The notes below the pieces were generated by a model. It was not told the origin of the DNA, searched no databases, and worked only from the letters and a program-made list of their open reading frames with translations. From positions 91,395 through 155,394 of IMG/VR virus record IMGVR_UViG_3300036760_000193: a stretch of 64,000 nucleotides of DNA; one strand, written 5' to 3'. A program made the position numbers and the translations under genes. Below are positions 50,401-59,093 of the stretch, in pieces. Each line of letters starts with the position of its first letter. The stretch's first letter is position 1. Origin of the DNA: a virus (taxonomy: Duplodnaviria > Heunggongvirae > Uroviricota > Caudoviricetes).

Positions 50401-50740
50401 TATTTCCTGAAGTTCCTAATTCAAAATAAGGTTCGTAATTTCCTGAACCATCAAAAGCTGAATTAGAACTGATTGCCACTCTACCACCCGCAGCAATATT
50501 AAAATCTGTTGATGCCTGATCTTGAGCATATAATGATCCATGATCTGTTGAATATTTTACAAACGCATTATCAAAATTTCCAAGAACCAATTTATTATCA
50601 TCAGTAATATGTAAATCTCTAGCAGCAGAGATATCTCTAGGGAATAAAAAGTCATCCGTAGGACTCGTACTAATCTTGCTAGGTATTAAAGTGGCGTCCA
50701 TCGCCTGTGTATCTAATCTGATTTCTGTTATTGTTGACAT
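44405..50740 (-). CDS. giant modular fibre protein (2111 aa)
   Basis: Three DAAxKxYVD motifs, two GLDPK...WTQFS modules, GG.ITLTSG repeats, many PSYSF repeats, C-terminal ETPLGAVD..N..F module. Confidence 0.7.
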   Translation of the reverse strand: MSTITEIRLDTQAMDATLIPSKISTSPTDDFLFPRDISAARDLHITDDNKLVLGNFDNAFVKYSTDHGSLYAQDQASTDFNIAAGGRVAISSNSAFDGSGNYEPYFELGTSGNITLQNIFQGSDDSRFVYIQMENGVDIGSHMALKIGKNGVDSYLRMGYVADGALVTAAYVHSVSYPLSLGSETTPNAVSIATNGIVAINNNVLDMTSHKITNISDPTSAQDATTKSYVDAADTAGGTVNSGLAGNFAYYPSTGTTVDDTIALTTDNINVTVTSALNVGNKILNADGTNALPSYSFTSNSNSGIFSQAPDSVGVAAGGTEYFRVATARTTAFNALRTKSGGSAVAPDIEIGSATTGIFNSTGGSDFRITVGSSERWSHNGVQWESFSPVRFISGTAGVASQGFTGDPDTGTFSPGANIWAVTTNSTEKLRVDTANVTAQLPVTITSTTNQIVLGTTNTTTITSPAPVASRTYTIPDAGANATFVMTESPQIINGSKTVTENFYVAKQANVSDANVFITSKIGNAASGQGGNLTLSSGDYPGSNGTASQTGGSITLTTGGSQNGSPSHSSGGGITLTSGNADVRVGGASGETFGGSITLTSGDVTMTFGSGAANQTRGGSITLTSGDCPISGDDLGGNITLTSDTAANGGSIVLTGTGADGSPGSPAKGNIYANHLNAQDGSAGAPGFTFSTDTTMGMYKVSGNLFFSTGGTTQLGIVSAGQLQGRDGTAAAPTHSFFNSAGMGMYRIGADQLGFSTAGTLRYSIDASGNSTLTGDATVNGKISTNELKGRTGDIQIHPFADSSSGIKFANAAGTSLIVINTTTGQLDMNTHKVINVVDPTNPQDAATKYYVDGVAAGLDPKESVRAATTANTALSGLLTIDTIVLVDGNRILVKDQTDAKQNGIYIAHSGAWTRSTDMDGTPANEVSGGNFTFIESGSQSGTGWVVVWDGTIILGTDNVNWTQFSSQGTGTVNGGQIGRFAYYPATGNVLDDTTSLTTDGTDVTVTNDLIVDGQIKTDTVIGRTGDLTLSFTSGFPLVSMQSSGLVLIENDGSQGSVDNRYVSISMNNGYAANSSHVVLDVANESAGELLDIGYMMNGGGTGISYSWIRGGQDNVTDVPLHIKPFSTEAIIVQTSGDVDFSQNVRLTNDKKVIFGNSDNAWLEYAAAGTVIGGQTVAAGHFYLGAQNNLVLYSNAGAGFSGGDFLPAFHLNTNGSVHIESNLASGTEELLVEIARGTATVGFNPAVHFDWNVGNSQVWIGYDSDGSVGTGSRIRGENLTVESLSPLNFVATTHIFTGQTQGDTSNQTIPAYGFSSHPTTGITSDVLDTGVNIMVNGLGVATFSATDLTITGGANTYYTDDIAIGGPDAATVDTGVFGSGYTFVGFATGGIERARINDTSLKLAEGNKLILGNSDQAWFKYSTDVGGIVGQTSTGSGGDFYFASEGSMELFSNVNADGGGTYQPSIEMGTNGTVKIRNANTAQGATSADHHLELIFEQDLTAGDYDQIWISRTNTPINDAAQKHLSIGYRADGSAVTAALIQSRNSHPLILGTASSASAVSIADSGEVSFASNIRMADNTYVSLASDVNTNIFFDASDPGFDFNCGGFFTMETSVYNPLFLHGDPANINWDETFIVLDRLGGDNYGSLGFPAIRMGGTGVGSNGIYSEQDAITGYFNSTVSFAAHGTASGRFTQEGLQVLDGTSTYPGYAFLSDPMMGMFRDGSQYLAFSVEGNTIQWLTTDTNASAKPGNVGALLLGDEIDLVMGQNAQIQVYQGDATNPSINITGAQQGTGFFRVDTQKIGIATGGTERLRFTNSGIEMQGSSTIDLNNNKITSLGDPTSDTDAANKRYVDSVSAGLDPKQSVRAATLLDIPGYVTGTITIDKNDATYFPAPGAASIDGVTVVAGDRILVKDQTDAKQNGIYSVVNEGDQGVTDAVLTRSTDMDGTPANEVSGGNFTLVESGSQPGTGWVVVWDGNIVLDTDNVNWTQFSASTALVAGDGIDISFGVISVKLDGTSLFESGAGVKVNTAGITYAMTNIVTRETPLGAVDSSNVTFILAFSTAVGSEHVYLNGILQDEGGSNDYTISGAIITFNMAPITGSKVRVSYWKA
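44877..44920. repeat. 44-bp exact direct repeat, copy 1
   Basis: ccagatacttcattcgctggtgttccatccatgtcagttgatct, identical to 47955-47998. Confidence 0.9.
47955..47998. repeat. 44-bp exact direct repeat, copy 2
   Basis: Identical to 44877-44920. Confidence 0.9.
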
Positions 50741-50760
50741 TTTATTGGTTCTCCATTAAA

Positions 50761-51576
50761 TTAAGATGGGTATACAATTTGCAATCCATCCCCTACTGTT
50801 AATATGATCCCTGGGTCTAGAGTGATAATATTTCCTGAAATTGTGTAATCAAAAGATGCTCCCAGTCTAAGAACTATTCCATTCCATGAAACTATTGTTG
50901 AATTTGGAATTGGCGTTTGTGATAAAACTATTGTATGATCTGTAATTGTATTTGAAACTGTTACTTCGTCTACAAAATACGTACCTACACTGCTTGGAAT
51001 ATCAACTTGGGTCTTACCCCCGCTATCTGTTACCGTTACACCCGCTCCAATGAAATTGATTGTTGGTCTTTGTGTAAGTGATATACCTTCATCTTCAATA
51101 AGATGCCCATTAAGTGATGATAATGGAATAAATGATACTCCATTATCTACAAGTATCTCATTTAAGTCAGTTCTCCAAATCAATCGTCCTGAATTACCAG
51201 GTGCTGGATTGGAAACAAGATTTTCAAGTCTAAAATTTAGAGATTGATTATTGTGAAAGTCCAAATCTGCATCAATATCTAGATGAATAGTATGAACACC
51301 ACCAGGTTTTATTTCTAGCATGTCTGCGGTGATTTCTAAATTAGCAAGATCAATATTTACGTCTATAGCATTGGTAAAAGAGTTATAAACAAGACCTTCT
51401 CCAAACACAGCTGAAGCAAACTTACTTGCCGTTATAGTTCCATCTAAAATAGAAATATTTGTAACAGCATCAGTTGCCAATTTTTCTGATGTAACTGCAC
51501 CATCAGCCAAAATTTCTGTTGTGCAAGACCCTACTCTAGCTTGTTCTTCTAAATTTACTATTCTAGGTTGCGCCAT
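50761..51576 (-). CDS. modular structural protein
   Basis: GAVT.EKLA repeats, GHLIEDEG..L.QR.TINF.G.GV module shared with 23015-24016, LGASFDYTISGNIITL. Confidence 0.55.
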   Translation of the reverse strand: MAQPRIVNLEEQARVGSCTTEILADGAVTSEKLATDAVTNISILDGTITASKFASAVFGEGLVYNSFTNAIDVNIDLANLEITADMLEIKPGGVHTIHLDIDADLDFHNNQSLNFRLENLVSNPAPGNSGRLIWRTDLNEILVDNGVSFIPLSSLNGHLIEDEGISLTQRPTINFIGAGVTVTDSGGKTQVDIPSSVGTYFVDEVTVSNTITDHTIVLSQTPIPNSTIVSWNGIVLRLGASFDYTISGNIITLDPGIILTVGDGLQIVYPS

Positions 51577-51578
51577 AA

Positions 51579-52745
51579 TTAAATACCAAACTTTTTATAG
51601 TTCACTCTGATAAAACCACCTAAGTCAGGTGGATCGGTGAACGTAATTTGTTGTGAAAGAGGGCCTTCATTAAAATGTACTCCTGGCAACATCTTTACAC
51701 CGTTCAAATATACTTCAACTGATCCTTTTCTATACGGAGCTAGAGTAATAAACAATGTGTTCACCGTATCAATAACCCCAATCGGCGTCTCATCGGTTAC
51801 AAAATCCAATGGACTGATCGAATTAGGGAATGGCTGCTCTTCAAAGCTGTGATATGTATTCTCATGAACAGGTGTTGTCAGTAACAATGAACTTTCATTG
51901 CCTCCGTCATCAACTGCTGTCACGGAATAATAAAAAACGATACCAAAAGTGAATGGAACCCGGTCAAGAACAGATAAAACTGGTGTCGCTGTCTCCCCAA
52001 TCTTTTGAAAATTTACAATATCTGTTGGTGACTCACTACGATACACCCTATAGTTGGCGATGTTTGTCTCTTGGTTTGGTTGCCAGGTAATCAAATAACC
52101 TCTTTCTGCCAAAAGATTGAAAACTCTGATCGCTTTCACTGTATCAGGGCCTGTCGCTGTGTTAACTGACCCTAAAGATGTTAAACTTGTTACAGCCAAA
52201 ACAGAATTTCTAGCTTTTACACGTCCGTAATAGGTTATGGATGGTATTAAATTTGTAAAAACATATCCAACTGTGGTTACGAATCCAGAAGTAACTACAC
52301 CTGTGAGAAAACTTGGGTCTGTTGCAAGTTCCACTTCATATTCAGTACCAGTGGGATTTGCATTGGCAAGCCAATTCGCCATTACAGTCGTTGAAAAAAC
52401 ATTTGCAAAACTTGCTGTTATAGGTTGTGCTGCTAAAGTAGTCGCGGTTATGACAGGCCCGTTGACTGATTCATTGGTTCCTATAGCATCGTCCGCTGCC
52501 GTCAAAGAAATTGTATGCAATGTGTTGGGAACCGCATTTATAACGGTGATACTCAAAACGGGGAGAAATACTTTGGTCGCTTGCAATACACCCAAAGCAT
52601 TGACGTAAAAAATTCCCAGACCTGTTATCACTCTAAAAGTGTAATAGGTTAAAGGTGGAGCGGGATTTCCGTCGGGGTTAACCGAAATTGTAAATCCATT
52701 GGCTGTAAGTGCTGAAATTGATGGAGCTACCGGTGTTAAGGCCAT
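51579..52745 (-). CDS. FN3/Ig-like domain structural protein
   Basis: WLANANPTGTEYEV...YYGRVKARN and LITWQPN...YRVYRS...YYSVTAVD FN3 signatures; C-terminal ETPIG module. Confidence 0.7.
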   Translation of the reverse strand: MALTPVAPSISALTANGFTISVNPDGNPAPPLTYYTFRVITGLGIFYVNALGVLQATKVFLPVLSITVINAVPNTLHTISLTAADDAIGTNESVNGPVITATTLAAQPITASFANVFSTTVMANWLANANPTGTEYEVELATDPSFLTGVVTSGFVTTVGYVFTNLIPSITYYGRVKARNSVLAVTSLTSLGSVNTATGPDTVKAIRVFNLLAERGYLITWQPNQETNIANYRVYRSESPTDIVNFQKIGETATPVLSVLDRVPFTFGIVFYYSVTAVDDGGNESSLLLTTPVHENTYHSFEEQPFPNSISPLDFVTDETPIGVIDTVNTLFITLAPYRKGSVEVYLNGVKMLPGVHFNEGPLSQQITFTDPPDLGGFIRVNYKKFGI

Positions 52746-53302
52746 AATTTATCGTCTTCCTCCGTAACAGGAGCTATATACTTATTCGAAAATATTATAC
52801 TGTCGATATTGACGGAAACGTCACTAATTTCGCTTGTTTCAGCATTTTGTAACGATGCAGACACAGTTCCCTCGAAATCAATCAGTTCTACGTTGTTTTC
52901 TTCAATCTTGTTGATCCGAGCCTTGGAACCCGCAGGAACGATCAAAATTCCGTCGCCAACTGCTTCTGTGACAAGGTTTTTTGCGCCTACAATGAGACGC
53001 CCGTTGTAGTCTTCGACTTTGGCGGTCACTTCTACGTCTTCAGTTACAATTACCATGTCACCGACTTTGAAGGCTCCCATCGTTGGAATGGCTTGCCCAG
53101 CTTTATCAGTTTTTTCAAGGTCAAGGCGGGAGATTTTGTTGAGGACTGGATCACCTTCGACACTGTATGCAATAGACTGGCGGAGGTCATCTATTGACAT
53201 CTGATCGTCGTCAGAAATATCCACTAAGAAAGTCACCTTGTAGGTGCCTTTCAAATTCTTTTCGCCTGATAGTTCGTCCCACGGAATTTTGTAATCATTC
53301 AT
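52736..53302 (-). CDS. acidic hypothetical protein
   Basis: Track ORF with a strong SD; no motif recognised. Confidence 0.6.
   Translation of the reverse strand: MNDYKIPWDELSGEKNLKGTYKVTFLVDISDDDQMSIDDLRQSIAYSVEGDPVLNKISRLDLEKTDKAGQAIPTMGAFKVGDMVIVTEDVEVTAKVEDYNGRLIVGAKNLVTEAVGDGILIVPAGSKARINKIEENNVELIDFEGTVSASLQNAETSEISDVSVNIDSIIFSNKYIAPVTEEDDKLWP
52774..52801 (-). promoter_or_regulatory. putative phage promoter/operator (class B, copy 2)
   Basis: 25/28 identical to 37819-37846; embedded in the 3' end of 52736-53302, 29 nt above the next start. Confidence 0.6.
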
Positions 53303-53336
53303 AGTTTTGTCCTCTTCTCCTTAGAGTGTCTTCACG

Positions 53337-53819
53337 TTATGATACGGAATTCCAAGTAAACGAAGAACCCAAAGCAATTTTCAAGAACTGACCAATCTGG
53401 CTTTGGAATCTTGGAGTACCTAGACCTTTTCCACCAATTCTGATGATTTCTGTCTTCTTAAAGTTCATGACCATATTCTTGTAGATGTTCAACATGTTCT
53501 GATAACTTGTATTGATCTTCTCTACTTGGTTTACACGAACACTGAGACCGTTGTCATTGTAATCAAAATCCTCTAAGGTCGCCCGGCATTGTAGGAATAA
53601 CTCTGAGAACAAGGTAATTCCAAAATAAAGAACGGGCAATAAATTTTCAGGTAATGTTTCTGTTGTGAATCCTCCCAATGGTGGGAAAAGATTAATGTCA
53701 GCCACAAGAACTTCAGAGAATGCCAAAATCTTCTCATCTGTTGTATTAGATGAGAAGTTGTCAGGCATAAGTTGCCGTGATTTCGTTATAATCAATTGCT
53801 GTCTAGCTGTGAATGCCAT
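53337..53819 (-). CDS. probable head-tail adaptor/neck protein
   Basis: DEKILAF.E..VADIN..PP, EDFDYNDNGLSV; size and helical pattern like myovirus adaptors. Recognised by resemblance only. Confidence 0.5.
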   Translation of the reverse strand: MAFTARQQLIITKSRQLMPDNFSSNTTDEKILAFSEVLVADINLFPPLGGFTTETLPENLLPVLYFGITLFSELFLQCRATLEDFDYNDNGLSVRVNQVEKINTSYQNMLNIYKNMVMNFKKTEIIRIGGKGLGTPRFQSQIGQFLKIALGSSFTWNSVS

Positions 53820-54331
53820 TATACGATCCTTTTTATCAAATCGGTGTTGCCAGCTATTTCATCTGGCGTTATCAATGTTCCCACCCCTATCTTTTTGATC
53901 TGCTTAAATTCGATTCCTGCATTTGCCCAAGCTTTTGACACAAATGTTGAACATACTTCTTCATGTTTCGTATCAATCCAGCCCCATATAAATAATCCAA
54001 GATCATACCATTGACCAACATTTTCATGCGCCCATTCCAAAGCTTTGTCAATCTGATCTTGTGTTACTTTTTTCACTCTCCAAAGTTCTATTTTATATTC
54101 TTTATCTAATTTCTTCCAATCTATAGGTATGCAATGTGACTTAGGCCATCTTGACTCCAACATGTTGTCGGTATTCTCATCCACTATTGCTACATGGCAA
54201 TAAGTGACATTATGCGGAGTTTTACCAGTCACATTTTGCGCCCATGCTATGAACCATGCAGACACATGAAAAACAGATTTTGGTCTGTACAGCAAAATGT
54301 CTCCAGGACGTAAAATCTCTTTCTTAATCAT
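53819..54331 (-). CDS. permuted papain-like amidase (YiiX/YebB, permuted NlpC/P60)
   Basis: LRPGDILLYR, YCHVAIV (His), WYDL, EVCSTFV (Cys), ITPDEI; start at 54331 (TAATG) or 54340. Confidence 0.82.
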   Translation of the reverse strand: MIKKEILRPGDILLYRPKSVFHVSAWFIAWAQNVTGKTPHNVTYCHVAIVDENTDNMLESRWPKSHCIPIDWKKLDKEYKIELWRVKKVTQDQIDKALEWAHENVGQWYDLGLFIWGWIDTKHEEVCSTFVSKAWANAGIEFKQIKKIGVGTLITPDEIAGNTDLIKRIV

Positions 54332-54984
54332 TACTTCCATCCAACAATATTCAATGCTACTTGAGAATCTTGTGAACCAACATTAACAAATTTTGCTCTT
54401 ATATAAATATCAACTATTACACCGGGGGCTATTGTAATGCTTGATGGAATGACTTTAACAGTTGGCACATCAAAGAGTCTATTCCCACTTCCAAGAATTT
54501 TATATTTATTTCCAAATTTATTTAATGAAGTAAATGTCGCTTCATTATTAACATCAGAATAAAATCCTACTTCAAAATCTACATAATCACCTGGATTGGC
54601 ATTAGTCCATTGAAGATCAACACCTGCAAGTGTAAATGGCACAGAATAATGGGTTCTTGCATAAACTGTTGAACCATCACCTATAGATACTGACCCATTT
54701 TCTCCATCAACATACAAATTCAAAGCTTCAACAAATTTTGCAGAAGCTACTTTGGGGAGACCATCTGAACTACGATACTCCAATGGCATATTACAAGTTG
54801 CCTTTAGATTTGCTTCAAAATCTGTACCTTCACTACTATTTTTTAGTATGCAAGTTTCCCAAGAAACATTAGCTTCCACTGCAAACAATTCATATTTGTC
54901 ATCCAGTTCTTTATATTGACCAAGAAGAACTTTTGAACTTACAATAGATTTGAATTGTGCATAATCAAGATCAACTATTTTCAT
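54331..54984 (-). CDS. hypothetical structural protein
   Basis: Track ORF in the structural cluster. Confidence 0.55.
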   Translation of the reverse strand: MKIVDLDYAQFKSIVSSKVLLGQYKELDDKYELFAVEANVSWETCILKNSSEGTDFEANLKATCNMPLEYRSSDGLPKVASAKFVEALNLYVDGENGSVSIGDGSTVYARTHYSVPFTLAGVDLQWTNANPGDYVDFEVGFYSDVNNEATFTSLNKFGNKYKILGSGNRLFDVPTVKVIPSSITIAPGVIVDIYIRAKFVNVGSQDSQVALNIVGWK

Positions 54985-54985
54985 T

Positions 54986-56200
54986 TTATACCTCTACCCA
55001 AACAATAGTTAATGCTGCGTCTCTATTATTTGATCCTGGATTTCCTGTAATCAAAAGTGCGTGATTGGCTGCAACGTGAATTGAAAAATCTTCAACAAAA
55101 CTTCCAGAATTATTATTTGATCCTGCTTCATATGATTCTATTTCAGCCCCATTAGCAGTGATCGTAGGTGTAGATGTTGACAATACAGAAGCTGCTGGAG
55201 CACCACCCCCAATGTTCAAAGAAGTTGCTGCTTGCGATGTACCATTTGCAGTTACTGTTGGATCGGAAAATACCTTAAAAACTGCGGAAACGTTTGCTAC
55301 AGTTGAACCAAATCCAAGTTTATAAACATAAAGTGTCTTTCCACTGCCCGTAGGATTTCTTACTAAAAGTAAAGGATTATCAGTACCTGATGTTGGCATG
55401 TTAACATTGAACGCCGTAACATATACCTTATTAGCGGAGGTGTATGCTGAAATCGTAGCGGCAGTAGGTGGAGTTGTTCCTGTGGTAGATGAAGTAACAT
55501 TAACAAGTAAATTTCCCGATGAGTCCACTTGCAAAGATGCTTGTTGCGTATTTGTTAATGTTGGGGCTGTTGAGTTGTATTGTCCACCAACTAATTGAGA
55601 CTTAGTTGCTGCTGTTCCTGGAGATACTGGGCCATCAGATGTATCAAGAACTCGTAATTCTCCAGAAGTCGTTAATGATAAAGGACTTGTTTGTGCTGTT
55701 GTATATGATGGGGCGGCTGTTGTCACTGCGCCCAGAGTTAATGCTCCCTGTTGTCCAGAAGTTGTAGACCCTTGTGAAACTTGTAATCCAGTAACAGATG
55801 TATTCAATGCTAGACCGTTAGTCGTTCCAATATTAGCTGTGACCGTTCCTGATACTGGCTGAATGACACCCGAACCATCTACTAAAAGCCGGGTAGCTGC
55901 GAATGTCAATTTATCTGTCTGAGTCTTTACTGACGCTAAAGTAGTTTCCGTTGAAGCACCAGTTGGCAAAGAAATCGTCCCACTGATATTATTTATATTC
56001 CAAGTACCACTTTGTGTAACAGCTAAAGTGGCATTCGTAACATTAACATTCAAAGATGACCCAGTAACAGTTAATGCCGTTCCACTAGCTACCAGATTAG
56101 TACCGATTCGTCCAGATGAATCAATTACTAATTGGAAGCCAGAGGTCTCGTCAAATAATGATACAGGCTGTGAACCCTGTGCGCCAGATAGATCAGGCAT
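54986..56200 (-). CDS. virion structural/decoration protein
   Basis: Thr/Ser/Gly-rich; YNSTAPTLT...ASLQVDSSGNL motif; C-terminal jelly-roll-like segment. Confidence 0.55.
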   Translation of the reverse strand: MPDLSGAQGSQPVSLFDETSGFQLVIDSSGRIGTNLVASGTALTVTGSSLNVNVTNATLAVTQSGTWNINNISGTISLPTGASTETTLASVKTQTDKLTFAATRLLVDGSGVIQPVSGTVTANIGTTNGLALNTSVTGLQVSQGSTTSGQQGALTLGAVTTAAPSYTTAQTSPLSLTTSGELRVLDTSDGPVSPGTAATKSQLVGGQYNSTAPTLTNTQQASLQVDSSGNLLVNVTSSTTGTTPPTAATISAYTSANKVYVTAFNVNMPTSGTDNPLLLVRNPTGSGKTLYVYKLGFGSTVANVSAVFKVFSDPTVTANGTSQAATSLNIGGGAPAASVLSTSTPTITANGAEIESYEAGSNNNSGSFVEDFSIHVAANHALLITGNPGSNNRDAALTIVWVEV

Positions 56201-56217
56201 TGTAGTCTCCTACTTTA

Positions 56218-57144
56218 TTATACTTCGTAACCTTGAACTGTGCTATACAACGGCTGTGCCTGGTTATCCAGGTTTGTACGAATAATTTTTACACTATCAG
56301 TTGTTGCAACTAATAGTGGTTCTGTCAAATGCCAAGGAGCTTGTCTTTCTGATTGTGTGAAAAGAACAACTCTTGTTACTTCACTGCCCGTTACACCTGT
56401 TTTAATTTCAACTTTGAATTTACCAGAAGCCGAAGTAATAACATCTGTTAAATAAAAGTCTGCTGCTGGTGTATATGTATGTGTTGAAGTGGCATTGGTT
56501 GCAATATCACCAGAAGTGTTTTGATCGAATACATTAACCTTATCGCCTGTTCCGCTAACTGCTACATTGATACTACCGTCAGCGTTAATTGCTAAGAAGT
56601 CTGTCCCATCTCCAATTTTAACTGAATCTGAAACATGTGTCAAATCACGAATATCAAGATTAAGTGCATCAACTGTTAATGACCCACCATTATCTGTAAT
56701 ATTTATGCTGCCATCGGCATTGATTGCTAAAAAGTCTGTGCCATCTCCGAGTTTAATTGAATCAGAAACGTGAGTAAGGTCACGAATGTCTAAATCTGTT
56801 GATTGAACTGCTAATGCCCCAGAAATAGAGGTTAAACGTTCCCAACTTGTGCCGTTGTGAGCATATGATAGATTGATATTTAATGGCAGTGTTTGGCTAT
56901 CCGCAATATCATCATCATCTACATCTGTAACCGATCCGGTTACATCTACATCAATAGCGGCTTGGTCAGAAGCCAGAGTGACTCTCTGTGTACCAGCATC
57001 CGCTGTTCCTGTGTTAACGGAAACGGTTGTACCGTTGACCCGCTTTAAGTCTGTACTTAAGTTAGTACCAACCTTCGTCTGAACTTGTAATTCTTCGACG
57101 GAAACGGTTCGTACTGGTAGTGAACTGTCAAAATCTCCAGCCAT
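56218..57144 (-). CDS. virion structural protein with tandem repeats
   Basis: Two LDIRDLTHVSDS.K.GDGTDFLAINADGSIN units (about 56565-56800). Confidence 0.6.
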   Translation of the reverse strand: MAGDFDSSLPVRTVSVEELQVQTKVGTNLSTDLKRVNGTTVSVNTGTADAGTQRVTLASDQAAIDVDVTGSVTDVDDDDIADSQTLPLNINLSYAHNGTSWERLTSISGALAVQSTDLDIRDLTHVSDSIKLGDGTDFLAINADGSINITDNGGSLTVDALNLDIRDLTHVSDSVKIGDGTDFLAINADGSINVAVSGTGDKVNVFDQNTSGDIATNATSTHTYTPAADFYLTDVITSASGKFKVEIKTGVTGSEVTRVVLFTQSERQAPWHLTEPLLVATTDSVKIIRTNLDNQAQPLYSTVQGYEV

Positions 57145-57146
57145 GA

Positions 57147-57350
57147 TTATTTATCCCCTTGTTGTTTAAGTTGTGCATCAATTTCAGAAATCTCTTTCTG
57201 TGAAGCCTTCATATTATCATCTATCTTTCGTAACTCTTCTTCTATTTCCATTTTTCGTAGCTCTAGTCTTTGTACAGAAAGAAGCATTTCACTTTTATGT
57301 ACTGTCAACCGTTTCTTATTTAATTCTAAATTAGGTTTGATGTCTGCCAT
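57147..57350 (-). CDS. small coiled-coil protein
   Basis: 67 aa heptad pattern; SD present. Confidence 0.65.
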   Translation of the reverse strand: MADIKPNLELNKKRLTVHKSEMLLSVQRLELRKMEIEEELRKIDDNMKASQKEISEIDAQLKQQGDK

Positions 57351-57365
57351 ATCGTCTCTCCTATC

Positions 57366-58229
57366 TTAGGTCAAGTCGCCTATCAAATTTGTTTTGAACA
57401 TCTCTGAAGAAGCTTTGAAATGTACCACAGAAATTGTAATTGCTGATCCAGAAGCAACTTCAATAGGTGTCTGATATGGCAAAATGATGGTTCTGTCTGC
57501 TTCGCTTGTTCTACCACCACCTACCTGAGTTCCATCCACCCTAATAAAAAATTCTCCAGCTACATCTCCCCAAGCAATGACTTGTGACACCAAAAGGGTA
57601 CTGGCGGGTATATAACTCAAAATTGTAGTTTCTACATTGTATGGAACTGAATCTTCATCAAACTGATTGACACCATTTAATGGTGTTTCTGAAACGACAT
57701 TGACGTTAAGAGCCGACCCAGTAGAACTTAACGCGATTCCAGTTGAAGAAAAAAGCCGTGTATGAACTTGACCGCTTGTGGAATTTACCCGTTGCCAGTC
57801 AATTCCGTCATATCCATACAATAAATTTGTTGTTGTGAGCCGCGACAATCCAGCAGGAACTGAATCGTCTTCGTCGTCCAAACTGTTTGTTAAATAGACA
57901 TCAAGTCCTTGCTTCCCAGCTGTTAAAGTTGATGTCAGTGCGGTTCCTGCTGCGTCATAAAGTCTTGATTGAACCAAAAGCTCATGATCTGGAGAAATAT
58001 ATGCCCGATCATCTGTATTGTAATTTTTTAACTCTACTGCGCCAATTTGAACATCATTCATGTCCAAAGTAATCGTGGAACCAATAATTAATGATCCATC
58101 ATCCGTTACTTTTACAGGAATCCACTTACTGTCTGGGGTGACACCATACAATACTGACGCTGGGTCTTGCGACGTTAGCGTTAATTCGTCTTTTTTCACT
58201 CCATATAATGGTGGTCTAATGTTTGACAT
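57366..58229 (-). CDS. virion structural protein
   Basis: VTDDGSLI, QIGAVELK, YGYDG.DWQRV motifs related to 56218-57144. Confidence 0.55.
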   Translation of the reverse strand: MSNIRPPLYGVKKDELTLTSQDPASVLYGVTPDSKWIPVKVTDDGSLIIGSTITLDMNDVQIGAVELKNYNTDDRAYISPDHELLVQSRLYDAAGTALTSTLTAGKQGLDVYLTNSLDDEDDSVPAGLSRLTTTNLLYGYDGIDWQRVNSTSGQVHTRLFSSTGIALSSTGSALNVNVVSETPLNGVNQFDEDSVPYNVETTILSYIPASTLLVSQVIAWGDVAGEFFIRVDGTQVGGGRTSEADRTIILPYQTPIEVASGSAITISVVHFKASSEMFKTNLIGDLT

Positions 58230-58242
58230 GACTTACCTCGTC

Positions 58243-58509
58243 TTAAGCTATTGCTTTTGTAATTGCGTCATCTACTGAAACAACAAGTATTGCTGTTGGA
58301 ATGACATTTGCCTTAAAATCTACTGCGTTTGTATCTTCTGGTGTACGTGCTAATTCTACCAAAAATACATCCACAATTCCAGAAACCTGTTTAACCAAAA
58401 TTCCTATATAATGAAAATCGTGTTTCACATAATAGGTAGTTCCAGCCAAAGCAGTTCTTTCTGTTTTCCAATTATCATAAGTAGGTTGGAATACGTTGTA
58501 TGATGCCAT
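58243..58509 (-). CDS. small hypothetical protein
   Basis: Strong SD GGAGG; fills the gap. Confidence 0.65.
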   Translation of the reverse strand: MASYNVFQPTYDNWKTERTALAGTTYYVKHDFHYIGILVKQVSGIVDVFLVELARTPEDTNAVDFKANVIPTAILVVSVDDAITKAIA

Positions 58510-58521
58510 GTGAATCCTCCG

Positions 58522-59049
58522 TTAAAGATTTTCTAAGCGGTATTGAATATTATTCTTGAGTTGTGGGGAGTCTATTTTTGAGAGAAGTTCGGATAAAACG
58601 CCCTTATCAGTGCAATTCTGAATAAATTTCAATCTATTGAAAAAGCTTAGTTTGAAAAAGTCATCTACTGCTTTAACGTCTTTCAAATCTGCTGGTGCAT
58701 CTTGCACCTTCGGGGTCTCTTCCGGTTGTTGTTGAATGGGCTGAGCCACTTCAACGGAAGGTTGGGTCTGTTGTACTACTGGTACTTCTACTGGCCGTGG
58801 TTTACGTTTCTTATTATTTTTCTCTAGGTCGCTGAATTCTACTCGTACTGCTCCAGAACGAACATAGCTTCCTAGACTTCCTACGGCTAATGATTTCTTA
58901 ATGTCTAAAGGATCAAAAATTTCAATGGGCACCATATCGCCCTGTTTAACTCTTAGCGCAAATTTAACACCAGAGGAATAAAGTACGACTAAATCCTCAA
59001 AAAGTAAACCATCCATTCCGCCATAAACTGCGACTCTGTATTGTGGCAT
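58522..59049 (-). CDS. hypothetical protein with Pro/Gln linker and helical C-domain
   Basis: Strong SD; three-part architecture. Confidence 0.6.
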   Translation of the reverse strand: MPQYRVAVYGGMDGLLFEDLVVLYSSGVKFALRVKQGDMVPIEIFDPLDIKKSLAVGSLGSYVRSGAVRVEFSDLEKNNKKRKPRPVEVPVVQQTQPSVEVAQPIQQQPEETPKVQDAPADLKDVKAVDDFFKLSFFNRLKFIQNCTDKGVLSELLSKIDSPQLKNNIQYRLENL

Positions 59050-59093
59050 TATATCTCCTCATTTCTTTTCTTTTGTGCAACTTCTTGTCTTAA

